This document shows, one piece after another, positions 37,796 through 50,725 of a stretch of 64,000 bases of DNA. Numbering within the stretch: the first letter of the stretch is position 1; the number at the start of each line of letters is the position of its first letter. Below the pieces are notes generated by a model. That model saw only the letters and a program-made list of their open reading frames with translations. It did not search any database and was not told the origin of the DNA. Position numbers and translations under genes: made by a program. Source of the DNA: Oculina patagonica. Taxonomy: Eukaryota. Location of the stretch: positions 29,822,001 to 29,886,000 of the forward strand of contig NC_135761.1 in the NCBI RefSeq assembly GCF_052425735.1, in the 5' to 3' direction.

Positions 37796-38106
37796 GAGCA
37801 TGGGACAAAGAAAAACTCTGAGTCCCCGACGGGAATCGAACCCATGGCCTCCCAGATACCGGTTGAGCGCTCTAACCAACTGAGTTACGAGAGACCTGAT
37901 GTGAGCTGGGCCATTTATTAACTTGACGATTTCGACATTGCTGATCCTAGCAGTATGCATGACGCGTGTCACATATCAACCTAGTAAATGGCCCAACTCA
38001 CAAGGCGTCTCTCGTAGCTCAGTTGGTTAGAGCGCCCAACCGGTATCTGGGAGGCCATGGGTTCGAGTCCCGTCGGGGACTCAGATTTTTTCTTCGCCCC
38101 ATGCTC
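37796..38106. mobile_element. Inverted (divergent) pair of tRNA-derived SINE heads
   Basis: Arm 37983-38106 has A box tagctcagttgg and B box ggttcgagtccc; arm 37796-37920 is its reverse complement. Confidence 0.75.
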
Positions 38107-39689
38107 ATCTTCATTATTTATTACCGAGCTTAAAATTTACCATCTTTATTATTTACTACAAAGAAGTATTAAAACACCGAAAAGTCCGAACTTAGCCGAT
38201 AGAGAGGTAATGGTTTAGATAATAATGTTTGTATAGCAGCAAAAGATAAACACAGGCAACGAAGGGTTTCATAAGTATCGTTTCTTTATTTGAGTTGTAG
38301 TACCCAAGATATTTCAAAGCACCGCAAATTATACTCGCCTAAACTCTCTGCAACGTTAATAAAATCGAATACCGAAAATTACGAGTGCAAAAAATCACAA
38401 ATTATTTGACCATTTCTTATCTGTACCTCTTCCTCTAGACTCGTTATTCCAAAGGGTATTGGTCTTGATATTTCTGGTCCTGTTGAACAGTTGAGAAGAA
38501 TGGCAATTAAATTTTGAGAATTAAACCTCACTTGTCCTCAGTTATGTTTCATTGACTTTGTTGAATGTTATCAAGGAAGCGCCTGGACAGCGGCAAAAAA
38601 GGAAGGGAAAAAAAGAAGTACATCTTGTTTCCAAGCTGGTGATGGTGTTTTGTGATGGTGTTTTCACACTAAGCCGTCAATATTCTTGTACTATAATTGC
38701 ATTTCTAGTTTTCTACTTGGCACTTTACATTCAGCTTATCATCGCACGACTGTTTTCAGCACACATGGGACAAGAATGCTTTTGTTTTCTTGTGTTTAAG
38801 CCTGGTTTCGTCTGCCGGCCGGCGATAAATACAACAAAGTAAAATGGATGTCGGAGCTCACTTTTTCATCCTTATTCCCCTCTCCTATCATGCACGTGGA
38901 TGAATCTTCTCTTTTTTTGTATCTTTTTTGTTGGGTAGCCTACACTCAATTGCCAAATAAAAAACATACTTACCGAGTCTTTTCCATGCATATTTCGTTC
39001 CACTCGGGCTAGCATCCACGTCAGCAATTTTTCTTTTTCCCGGTTTAATGAGTCTTGATGTAGTTCTAAAAAATTGGTGAGAAAAAAAGGTTGAGATCTT
39101 CGTATCTTTAGCTTTAATTTATTAATCATATTTCTATGGGAGATCAGCTCATCAACTATGCTATGTAAATGGCCAATTGGCCTTTTGCCATTTGGGATTT
39201 CAAATTATTTTGTGTTCATTTGAAATATTTGTTTCACGTACACCATTACACAAGCTTTTAGCTTAAAAAAAAACAAACTAAATGCAAATAAGGCCAAGTA
39301 AAAACAAACAAACAAATGTTTCTCGTCCGGATGTCTATAAAAAAAAGAAAGCGCGCGGGCGCATTTTTTTGTTATTTGATATTTCCTCAATGGTCATATT
39401 CTCCAGAAGCGAACTTGCAAAATAAATCCTGACCTCTCCAGTACGGACCTAGCCAGCCGATGCTTTAAAGTTTTGGTCTGAGTTCGTATTAACGCAGTAA
39501 AAAGCCATGTCTTACAGAATTTTCTTTGTACTTAATTGAGGAGTAACGCCTGTTGGTTTTTGTTCGTTCCAACTTTCCCAATAACAAATATTAAAAAAAA
39601 GAGAAGCGGCCCCAAAAAATGAAGCGGGCGGGGACTAGAAACATTTGTGTTTTTTTTTTACTTGGCCTAAGGTTGAGCTTTACGTTTAC

Positions 39690-41079
39690 CTTATTTTAAA
39701 AGTCCTGGAGATGGAACGTACTTTCACACCAGCGTTGTTCTCGCTCACATCTAGAACATTCAGTGTGGTGTTGTGCTGTAGAATCTTGGAAAGAGAATCT
39801 GCGCCGCGTTCGCCAATGTTGTTATTACTCACATCCAGATAAGTCAAAGTGGTGTTGTGTTTTAGAGCGCTGGAGAGGGAATCCGCACCACTTGGACCAA
39901 TGTTGTTCTTACTCATATCCAGATTAGTCAAAGTGGCGTTGTGTTTTAGAGCACTGGAGAGGGAATCCGCACCACTTGGACCAATGTTGTTCTGACTCAC
40001 ATCCAGATTAGTCAAAGTGGCGTTGTGTTTTAGAGCACTGAAGAGAGAACCCGCACCACTTGGACCAATGTTGTTCTGACTCACATCCAGATTAGTCAAA
40101 GTGGCGTTGTGTTTTAGAGCGCTGGAGAGAGAAATCGCACCATATGGACCAATGTTGTTCTGACTCACATCCAGATTAGTCAAAGTGGTGTTGTCTTCTA
40201 GAGCGCTGAAGAGAAGATACGCACCACCTTCACCAATGTCGTTATTACTCACATTCAGATTAGTCAAAGTGGTGTTGTGTCTTAGAGCACTGGAGAGGGA
40301 ATCCGCACCATATGGACCAATGTTGTTATTACTCACATCCAGATTAGTCAAAGTGGTGTTGTGTTCTAGAGCGCTGAAGAGACGATACGCACCACCTTCA
40401 CCAATGTTGTTATTACTGACATCCAGATTTGTCAAAGTGGCGTTGTGTTCTAGAGCGCCGGAGAGAAAATCGGCACCATCTTTACCAATGTTGTTCTTAC
40501 TGACATCCAGATTTGTCAAAGTGGTGTTGTGTTCTAGAGCGCTGGAGAGAAAATGCGCACCATCTTCACCAATGTTGTTATTACTCACATTCAGATTAGT
40601 CAAAGTGGTGTTGTGTACTAGAGCACTGGAGAGAAAATCGGCACCACCTTCACCAATGTTGTTATTACTCACATTCAGATTAGTCAAAGTGGTGTTGTGT
40701 AAGAGAGCGCTGAAGAGAGAATCCGCACCACCTTCACCAATGTTGTTATTACTCACATTCAGATTAGTCAAAGTGGTGTTGTGTAAGAGAGCGCTGAAGA
40801 GAGAATCCGCACCACCTTCACCAATGTTGTTATTACTCACATTCAGATTAGTCAAAGTGGCGTTGTGTTTTAGAGCCTTGAAGATAAAATCTGCACCACG
40901 GCGACCAATGTTATTCTCGCTGACATCCAGATTAGTCAGCGTAGCGTTGACTTTTAGTACTTCGGAGAGAGAACGCGCACCATTTTCATCGATTTGTTTG
41001 CCTCTCAAATCTAAATAGGTTAAGGTGGTATTGATCTTAAAAGCCTCAATGTCCAAAGTTGGATTAAATGACTTTTCAG
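39690..41079 (-). CDS. Exon encoding about 15.5 RI-type 28-aa LRRs, copy 2
   Basis: 84-bp units encoding TLTNLDVSNNNIGxxGADSLSSALxHNT. Acceptor tcacag borders 41079; donor AG|gtaaac borders 39690. Confidence 0.88.
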
Positions 41080-41367
41080 CTGTGAGGAAAACCAAAAAAG
41101 AATAAAAGAAATGGTTGAGACCAATCAGATAATGCGTACGCTATAGTCACCATCATGCATTCCGCTTATTCATCATTTTTTTTTAAACAAAGCATAACTG
41201 CGACAAAGTCTTAATTAGTATATTTATTTTAGATTTTATTTTTTATTTTTATACTCCTTCGTTTTAGCCTCGATATAGATATATTGAATTCTCATTGTTA
41301 ATGGGGTACAAAACATTTTGCATCACAGAATGAAGGGCGAGAGGGTAAAAAAAGTTTGGTTGACAAC

Positions 41368-43546
41368 TGTATCACCCATAAATGTAATAAGAACCATTAA
41401 TGTAATACCAACCATAAATGTAACACAAATTGACCATAAATGTAATACTAACCATAAATGTAATAACTTTTAACCACAAATGTAATAAATTCACTAACCA
41501 TAAATGTAATGAAATTTGCCCATAAATGTAATAAACTGAACAACCATAAATGTAATAAGGCTTAACCATATAGGTAATAAACTGGCTACGACTTCCAAGT
41601 AAGGGGCCACAAACTTTTCGAGAAATTGACTGTTAGATTATACCCCTAAAGGCCTGGCTCAAGCTCTTTGTGACCCCTTGAAGCAACAAAAAATACCATT
41701 TCTTCGTGTGCAATCCTAAACGAGGACTCTACTATATTGCGGTATATATATCTACTCAGAATTACGAAATTGTACTCTCCGGTTTGAATGTTTATGTGCT
41801 TCCGCGTTTCCGTGCGTCCATGCCAAAGTTATTCAAAGGTCTGAATGGGGGTATCCCGATAACCACTTAATTTTTTGGCTCTGTAACATGAAACAGTTAA
41901 TTTTTAGGTATTTTAACACTAAAACATTCACGGTTACAGTAAATTTTATCCAGAAAGAAACAAAAACGGCTCCAAAAAGGTCAACATTATTTTGTTTAGC
42001 AGTTCTAGCCCGAGGCTGCTATCTCTGTTGATTATTCTGGCTCCAATAGGGAACATCCAACCCCCTCCCCCCTTCCCCACCCTACCACCTTGCGTAACAT
42101 TGACTTGAAGGCCGAATAACGTCGGCACGGACGCATGGACGCGCGGAAGCGGAGAGCACAATTTTGCAAATCCGGTAGGATGTATGGGAAAATATAAAAA
42201 ATAAAACAGGCGTATTCCTTGTAATGTGATGTTTGACTGAATTCGTCTTGACTCAAAGAGAACTGCAAGCTCCTTCAAATGGATGGAATGTCATAAACCC
42301 CCAGTACTTCAAACGCTCTGGTATATAGACTTTTTAATCATACAGTGGAACCCCGCTTTACGGACACCCGCTTAATACGGACACCCCGGTATTACGGACA
42401 GTTTCGTTGGTCCCGACGAAAACCTCATACATTTTCTCTTAAATTAACCCGCTTAATACGGACACCCGTTAATACGGACAACGGACACTTTTTCGAGTCC
42501 CGAGTGACAAACTGTCATACATTGTTTACCCCGCTTTACGGACACTGTTTATCTGTGCACTGAAAATTTTCATTGTCGCGATTATTTGGTAACTTGAAGA
42601 CATTGACCCTGGTCAAATAATGACAGAATTTGACAAGTTAAACGATTTTAATACAAAGAGTAGCTTAATAGCGTGATGCAAAGGTTTTGTCGAATCTTCA
42701 GTCCGCCTGGTTATGTCGCAAGCTAAAAGCTTCCGTGCAAAGTAAAGTTACCATCTTTTTTAACGAGTTTAGAGTTTTAGAACGGTTACGGTGAGAGTTT
42801 CAGTTACAAAGGAAACTTTTTAAAAAACGTTCGTTGCTGTTGAAATACGTTTTATTTCTTGTATATAGTTAAGCTGCGACATTTTCAAATAATTGACTGT
42901 TAAATAAATTATAGTAAAGTTTAGTTCGAGTGTCTAAATAGATCGTGTAAAAACTATTTATTTTAGTCAGTTTTCACAGTTTTCATTTTTTTTACATTAA
43001 CAGTACAATGAAACAACGTTTTATTGTCTTAAAAACGTTTGCCTTCGTCCATGTGTCGATAAAACATGTATCCGTTACTTTTTTCTGAGACCCCGCTTAA
43101 TACGGACACCCCGTTAATACGGACAATTTGGCCTGTCCCCTTGGTGTCCGTATTAACGGGGTTCCACTGTACTTTGGATACTTTCTAAATGTTCGCAGAC
43201 CATAATTATAGCTTCTTGGGTTTTGTTCTCTGGGTTAAAATACTAACTTGATGAACGAGTCCCGTGTCCTGAAGTAAGAAGTGCACAAAGAGAATGACAA
43301 GTTTGTGGCCCCTTATTTGGAAGTCGTAGCCAGTTTATTACATTTATGGTTAAGCCTTATTACATTTATGGTTGTTCAGTTTGTTACATTTATGGGCAAA
43401 TTTCATTACATTTATGGTTAGTGGATTTATTACATTTGTGGTTAAAAGTTATTACATTTATGGTTAGTATTACATTTATGGTCAATTTGTATTACATTAT
43501 GGTTGGTATTACATTTATGGTTTTTATTACATTTATGGGTGATACA
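41368..43546. mobile_element. 2179-bp non-autonomous DNA transposon with TGT...ACA termini, about 249-bp minisatellite-like TIRs and a 6-bp TSD
   Basis: TIRs 41368-41616 and 43299-43546 are built of ccataaatgtaata units. gacaac duplicated at 41362-41367 and 43547-43552. Confidence 0.85.
42343..43169. mobile_element. Tc1/mariner (pogo/Tigger-like) MITE nested in the 41368-43546 element
   Basis: TA|cagtggaacccc ... ggggttccactg|TA; repeated taatacggacac motifs. Confidence 0.85.
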
Positions 43547-43805
43547 GACAACCACCTGATGTCTATTTTTAGTAATGTAAAGGGACATTTCTCTATACAT
43601 ATAACTCTGGCTAAGGTATAAACACATAAACAAATGACTGGTCAAATTTCTACCATTAGCTTACTTAACAATGTTCTATCAATGTTTTTCTATCAATTTA
43701 TCTAGTTAATCCATTATGGCTTGATGACACCTCCATTTAGAGGGTCACCTCACACCCGCTTCTTTAAGTCGCCGTTTTACATGACCTGGAACTGCGGGGC
43801 ACTAT

Positions 43806-43863
43806 GCACCTGTACGCCTTTCGTATACTTAAAAGCACCTGTACGCCTTTCGTATACTTAAAA
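43806..43863. repeat. 29-bp tandem duplication
   Basis: gcacctgtacgcctttcgtatacttaaaa x2. Confidence 0.9.
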
Positions 43864-44776
43864 AGTTGTGGCGTTAAGGTTGAAGTTGTCAAATTTAACA
43901 GCCTTGTCATATTCTATTTTGAAATGTAAATACTTTTTTAAAGGGCAGGGGGACAACAAAATTTAATAGAGATTGTTGTTGTTTATCGATATTAACCTGA
44001 ATGAATTTTATCTACCTAAATACATACACAATTCAATTTACACCTAAAACAGTTCATGCCAATCACAAGTTCTAATCTGTTGTAATTTGTCAGTAACAGA
44101 ATAAGACTGACTTTATGATGTTTGCGAGACATGTCTACGCAAGTTTCTTTATTAAAACTAGAAATGTTTTATTCAGATCGAAAATCAAAAGGCTTCCCAA
44201 AGCAAAATCGGTTTCTTAAAAGGTCTTGTGAGTTACATGTATAAAGCGGTTTTACTTTATTGATCAACATAACCAAAATTGACTGTAAATTACCTGAGAG
44301 AACGGATGAATTTCAGCCTATGCTGGAGAGGGAATAACGTCAAAAGTCGAGATTCTATAAAGGTACCAACATTTCGCTTTCTGTTACTATTACGATATGT
44401 ACATTACATGTTTTCCTGAGAGGTCCGCTTGCCAAAAGAAGCCATTTAAAAGACATAAACCTGTACTGGCACAAGGATAAAACTGAAAAACTATTTGATA
44501 ATTATAGCGACTTGTATCTCATTCTTTATGACAATGTCTGTTTTTAACTCATCTGCGCATCTACTTTGCTAGTAACGTTTGTACCTTACGAATTAACGAT
44601 ATTTTTGCTTCTTCAGTTTTTAATTAATTTTTGTTTTTATTTTATTTTATTTTTTGTGCGCGGTCCCTGTAATAATTTGTCCGTATGAAAAACGTTACTT
44701 TATTCCCAGCTAGCAGATGCTTTTTTTTAGAGGACTCTGCTAGCAAAGACGCTATTTTACAAAGGAATATCTTTAC

Positions 44777-45430
44777 CTTCCAAAGTCAGGGTTTTTCTTT
44801 CATTTTCACTTTCACTTCCACTTTCACTTTCTTCCATTTGAGTCCGGGTTTCCTCAGGATCTTTAATCTGAGTATCCTCCGTAGCCAGGATCTCAACAGC
44901 CTGGGTCCAGGTTCCCTCAGCAGTTGGAATCTTAGTCTGGTCAGTATCCAGGGTCTCCATGTCTTCAGTAGCTTGCGTCGGTTTTTTTTTGCCAGACTGA
45001 GGCTCAGTTTCCTCTTTAGGGCAATTCGTACATTCGTCAATGCCATGGGTTTGGATTTCCTCATGAGATGGAATGTGTGTTTCTGCAGTAGCTTGGGTCT
45101 TGGGGTCTTCTACACACTGTGTCCGAGTTTCCGTAGCAGATGGAATGTAGGCATTCCCTACAGTCAGAGTCTCACTTCCGTCAACACATTGTGTCTGGGT
45201 CTCCTCTAGGAATTGGATCACAGTTTCCTGTGCAGTCATGGTTTCACTTTTGTCAGTAACCCGAGACTGGGTTTCCTCAGGTGGTTGAATCTGCGTTGTC
45301 CTTGAAGTCAGGATTCCACTTTCTTCAGTAGTCCGGGTCTGGGTTTCTTCAGAAGATTGGATCAAAGTCTCTTCAGTAGCCTGGATCGTAAGTTCTTCAG
45401 AAGTCGTGATGGATGAGCTATGATTGCTTT
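44777..45430 (-). CDS. T/E/Q octapeptide repeat exon, copy 2
   Basis: ORF 44757..45464, homologous to 8048-8764; splice sites conserved. Confidence 0.7.
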
Positions 45431-45731
45431 CTAAAAAAATTGTGAGTGAAAGAAACAATATCATTTAAACGTTAGATGAATCCAAAGAAATAACTGTGAA
45501 TTTCGTAAAATTTCTATAAAACAACTGGTGTCAAGTTTGAAGATAGATTATACTGTTCTCCTGATATGTTTTCGATATAATATGACTGCCGTGGGAAAAA
45601 AGCACCGCACATCCATTGTAAATTCAATGCAGCACATCCTCCTAAATAGAAGACTTTAACACTAATTAGTTTGCGTGACGTGTCACCATACTAGAGACAT
45701 ATTTATACAAAAAACCTTTTTCTCAGCTTAC

Positions 45732-46133
45732 GTGTCTTATTTGTGAGAAACTCTTTGCACGCCAAGTAATCTTCTTCCAGAATAGTTGTTGTCAAATTTA
45801 CAGATTTCACATGAAATCTGCTCTTCATATCATCTGTCACAAGGCGTTTCTCGGCTATTGCATTAAGGCGACCGCAATGATAGTCTTCCCAAAGGCGTTC
45901 AAGACTTTCCAGATTGTGGCACTCCACCGCAATTCTTAAACTATTCTCGCTTTCTTCCCTTGTTGTCGAGTCAGGAATTACTTTTAGATGCTGGAAGTAC
46001 TGAGGTAATTCATCTTCATCAGATGTTTCTTCCTCCAAAACAGAACTTCCTCCATCAGACACCAAATGCTGCCTTTCGTCTTCTTGTTGCTGTGTACGGT
46101 TGTCTCTTTGTGTGTCTGTGAAACCGTCTCTGT
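45732..46133 (-). CDS. TRADD-N-like domain 2 exon, copy 2
   Basis: ENSLRIAVECHNLESLERLWEDYHCGRLN...ILEEDYLACKEFL; phase 1-1. Confidence 0.65.
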
Positions 46134-48104
46134 CTACAAAGTTTTCAACGAGCCAGGTACATGAAACAAAAGCAAAAACACCAAAGTTACGCTTGGCAGT
46201 TTTATTCTACCGAAGAAATTCACTTTGATCGTGAGTTTTAAATAAACGACCAAATTAATACATTATTTATTTGTCCAACTTTGAGATGGACACCCTCGAG
46301 AACAGCTTTAGCCGACTGCCTTAGAGAGATGGGGACATAGACATGTAGCCTGCGCAAAGGAAATTTGTAAGTGGGTAGCATCAGAACTAGCGACTGAGTG
46401 CTTTTGGTCGATTCCACCCTAAAACAAAGTAATTCGGCCGGAACCATCTAACTACTTCCGTCTTACAGTGGTTACTATGAGAGAGCTGATTGTAGTTCCC
46501 ACCTCCATTTAAGGGCACCTAGTTGCACATAAAAAAGCGTTTAAAGACGTCAATCATGTTCTGGCCATATTCTTCACTAGTTGTAAAATGTTAACACTTA
46601 CAATTTATTGCCAGGTGGACAGTCAGTGGTTCGGGTTCGTCTGCAGTCTGGGTCTGAGTCTCATCGGCAGCTTGAATCTGGTCTTGGGGCGACAATTCAT
46701 TGTCCTGATTCACTTCTAAAGAAATGGAGATAAAACGCATCAGCAACAGTACTTTAATGATGTAATTTGTATCTGTAACAAATCTGTTTTCCTATTATTT
46801 TAGGCGCCCTATAAAGGATAAATAAAAAGAAAAAGTTCGTCTACCTCTAAGGCAACTGATTCTAGTGTAGACCAGAATGGCTGTGGTCACATAAACGCCG
46901 CAAACTCGGTTAGATCGGCTTTTCACCACGGTCAAACGTCTCAGGCAGGTTTTTTTTTCATTTCGCCGTTTTTTGTTCAAATTGAAGTGATTACGAGCAA
47001 CGATAGATAAAAATAGTTGCCGAGTGAAAGCATAATCCCATTCCCTCAGGTAAACACGTGTTTTTACTTTTTAAATGTTTCGCATCCGAACCAAAGGTGC
47101 TTTGACAAATGGCGCCGACAAGTCCGCATATCGCTATTTTCAAACACGTAGAACTTTTTTAGTAAAGCTCCAAAAAACTTAGTAAACCCTTAGGATACCG
47201 GTTATGTATCGAGCTTTGAACTGTGAAAATTAAAACCTTATCTTTGCAGTACTTTTCTTATTTTTTGCATATTTCTGTCGTTTGACCGCAGTGGAGATCG
47301 GCTTAGTCTTTAGTTATATGACGTCATACATAGCTGTTATTAGTGCTTGTGGTCGACTGTGCAGTCACACCAACGCAGTTAATACTGTTAGCTCTGATTA
47401 CCATTTGGATGACACATGGCAACCTTAAATGTAAGCATTGCTGACGGGAGTAAGTTTTGTCAGGCTATTTTTTTTGTTTTATATCTTCGTGCGGGAAACC
47501 CTTGTTGAAATTTCATAAAAATGGTTTAACTTTTACAGCATGCTTGACACCGCAGAATGCAACGTTTGTTGTTTGATTTTGGTTTCTTAACCCTTGGCCC
47601 CCTTTTTTCACGCTTACTTTTTGGTTTTTCACATTTATGTTCACCTGGCATGTGCACATGCCAAAAGAAACATCAAAGACCGCATTCTTATTGGTTGTTT
47701 GTAAACTAAGGTTTAACCCATGCACCCTGTTTGGGTATGCCTTTAGTTAGTTTGCATTGTTTTGGATAATCATGGCATAAATTTCGTAACTGTAGTTAGA
47801 GTGAGCAGAGAAGTGGTCGCATTACTGAAATAGCTAACTAATGTTTGTAGTCTCCATCGAGTCTTGACGTGACCACAATTAATAACTGGGATTTCCATCA
47901 TGTTCTAAATGCAAAACTGACTACCTAACGGACTACACAACAGACTACCTATTAAACGGAAGAAGGTCCTTAATATGTACATGCTGCTACTGATGCCGTA
48001 GCTGTGTATCAATAAATTAGAAGAAATAACACTGAATAAGTTGTCGATCAATTTTGTGAATCAAAATATTAAATCATCCAAGCTGTAGATTGTACGGTAC
48101 TCAC

Positions 48105-48539
48105 GTAAAATGCCCATTAGGAACAGTTTGCAAGCCAAGTAATCTTCTTCCAAAATATTTGTTTCCAACTTTACGGATTTCACATCAAATCTCTTTTTAA
48201 TATCATCTGTCAAAAGGCATTCCTCGACTACGGCATTGAAGTGACCGGAAGAGTAGTCTTCCCACAGGCGTTCAAGAATTTCCAGAGCACTGCACTCGAC
48301 TGTTATCCGCAAACTTCCCTCGATTGCCTCTCTTATTATTAAGTCAAGAACTCCTTTCAAATAGTAATCAAGGCAGAGAGGGTAGTTGTCGACTGGGACG
48401 TCAGCTGCACGAGTCCGAAGAAAATGCTTCGTCATTTCAGTCATTATAATCCGCTTGGCTTCCTCTTGTTGCACAGGATCTCCGCTTTTTGCCTTTTGAT
48501 ATGTTACGCTGTCAATTGTGATTACTATGGGCAGGGTAC
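48105..48539 (-). CDS. TRADD-N-like domain 1 exon, copy 2
   Basis: EGSLRITVECSALEILERLWEDYSSG...ILEEDYLACKLFL; 435-bp exon, same length as in copy 1. Confidence 0.65.
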
Positions 48540-49096
48540 CTTAAAAAGAAAATCCACAAATTTTAAGTTGTTTCAAACGAAACAACTGGTAGTTGTTACC
48601 AAGTTTCCTACCTCGGCTTTTCTTTTTTTTCTATTCTTCCTAAATTGTCTTTCATTATACAGTCCAATGCAGTATCCGGCTTTAAGTACTGGTGGTGGTT
48701 TGTGGGCTCTTCTGGTAATGAGTAGTCATGCACCCTAGCGGGCTTTTGTAAATACAGCCAATAATGCCCTAATTGTAAATGGCTGTTTAAGGTCGCGGGG
48801 GATACCTACAGCATGAATAAATTCATGAAGCGAAATTTTGCTTGACCTGCATCTTTTAAAACGCTTATTTCTCGGCTGTTATGGGTGCGATTAAGCTCAA
48901 ATTTTACAGAGACATAAAGAAATGATGAAAAAGTATGTATGTCATCTTTTATTTGGTAGATTGTACTTAACGGCGATGTAATAGCCACGTTAGTTCCAAA
49001 TTGGGAAGAACATGATTTTGTGGCAGAGTTTGTGGAACGAGTAAGAGGCAGCACACTGTGATCTTGTCAAAAACTAATCAGTCAATATCTCTAGAG

Positions 49097-49231
49097 TGTC
49101 ATAACAGAAGCGGATTTTTTAATTTAAAAGTTGCCAGCAAGTTATGGCTGTTTAAATGCGCAAATTTGAATTTAATGCCTTCTACCTCTTTCTAAAAGCG
49201 CTCTTTTAAAATTCCGCCTCTGTTATGACAC
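49097..49231. mobile_element. Small inverted-repeat element
   Basis: gtgtcataacagaagcgga / tccgcctctgttatgacac. Confidence 0.5.
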
Positions 49232-50725
49232 ACTACAATATCCATAGTTTACCTATCTGCAGTGGCAAGTCATGAAGGTCTGTATCCGCGCTGTATTCTC
49301 TGCCACAAAATTGTCGGAAAAGTCCAAACTTTGAGATTTCCGAAGGTGTCCCGACCAAAACACGATCAGTTTGCAAAGGAGAGATGTAATTATGGTAATT
49401 ATATTCCACGCTTTTATGGTGAGAACAATGCGTTTTTATGAAGGACACGATTGTTTATGCCCAATATTATTATGACTACTCTGAGTTGCAGAAACAAAAA
49501 TAAATTGAATAAAAATTAGCTCATAGACTTCCTACAATTCATATAAACGTATAACGCCAAGTGCTGTTTTAAATTGGTTAAAATATCAAAGAAACAGGAA
49601 TTTTTTTTTTAAAAAAAAATCACGCGCACGCACCCATATTTTTATCCAGTCATGAATATCTCGTACAGTTGTCGATGTCAGTCGTTGCACTTCGTGCATA
49701 CGCTTTAAATAAATGCATAATGATGAGCCTAAGGTGTCCCCCGCGACCTTAATGTTCAGTAGTTTTTCTTGGGAATTACATTTAGCAGAATTACAATTAG
49801 TAGTTTTTCTTGGAAATTATTTTTTTTGTTACTTCCATTGCCTGGAGTCAATATACCAGTCGACAAATCAGACATATAAACAACTGTGTGCTCGAAGGTA
49901 CGGTACCTGGTGGGTGCTTAGACTTGACTGCCGTTTGTGGAATCTGTACTGTTCTTCCTGTTGAGCTCAAGCAAGATACAGAAGCATCTACCAAAAAAAA
50001 AAAAACATTACAGTGTACTTGTCATTCTAGTTTGCAAACTATCTTTTTAAGCTGATTTTGCACATGTACTATTACACTGTTAGCTCTAAAACAAACTAGG
50101 AGGAATTTCCTAAAAGCTTTAGGATTCCTACTTTTTTTAATCAATGCTTAGCATGAAATGTTACCAGCAAACGCTGTGTTTAAGTGTTCGCTGTGACATT
50201 CCGGTAATAGCCAGCAAGGTTTTTGCTCTAAATTTGCAGTATTCTAGGTCGTTTTAATTGAGCTAGATTATTAAGGAAATAACCTCAACTTGAATCGATC
50301 ACTTTTATGATTTAAAATGTTATTCTTTTTGTCTGATTATATATTGGCAATAACCTATTATTAAATTTAAATATAATGTTTTCCTTTTGTTTGCAGTAAT
50401 TCAACATATTTCACATATAGGGATATTGTTCGTATCTTTGTCTCAACATCACTGAGATTATCGAAGTCCCTCCTCAATTTCACATGGATAAAAGCGCAGG
50501 TTCAGTGTTACATTCCCAACTTAAAGCAGATCAGGCTAAATGTTGAGGTCAGATTTTTCATCATGCCACCAGGCTGGCAAAATTCGGCAACTGCGTAACA
50601 AAGAAAGTCATATAATAAACTTCTAATCCCGGCTTCTTATCAACACTTTTTAGCTACTTACTAGTAAATAATTCATTTTCAGTCGGTCTATTAGTGAACA
50701 AAGTTGATACTAAAAAGACACCTAC

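Noticed and set aside
38005-38083. Functional tRNA gene
   Set aside because: The anticodon arm does not form a canonical stem-loop, and the sequence is part of a repeated inverted SINE-like unit.
41368-41616. CRISPR-like array of ccataaatgtaata with variable spacers
   Set aside because: Spacers are only 5-12 bp, the array is mirrored at 43299-43546 as a TIR, the context is eukaryotic and there are no cas genes.
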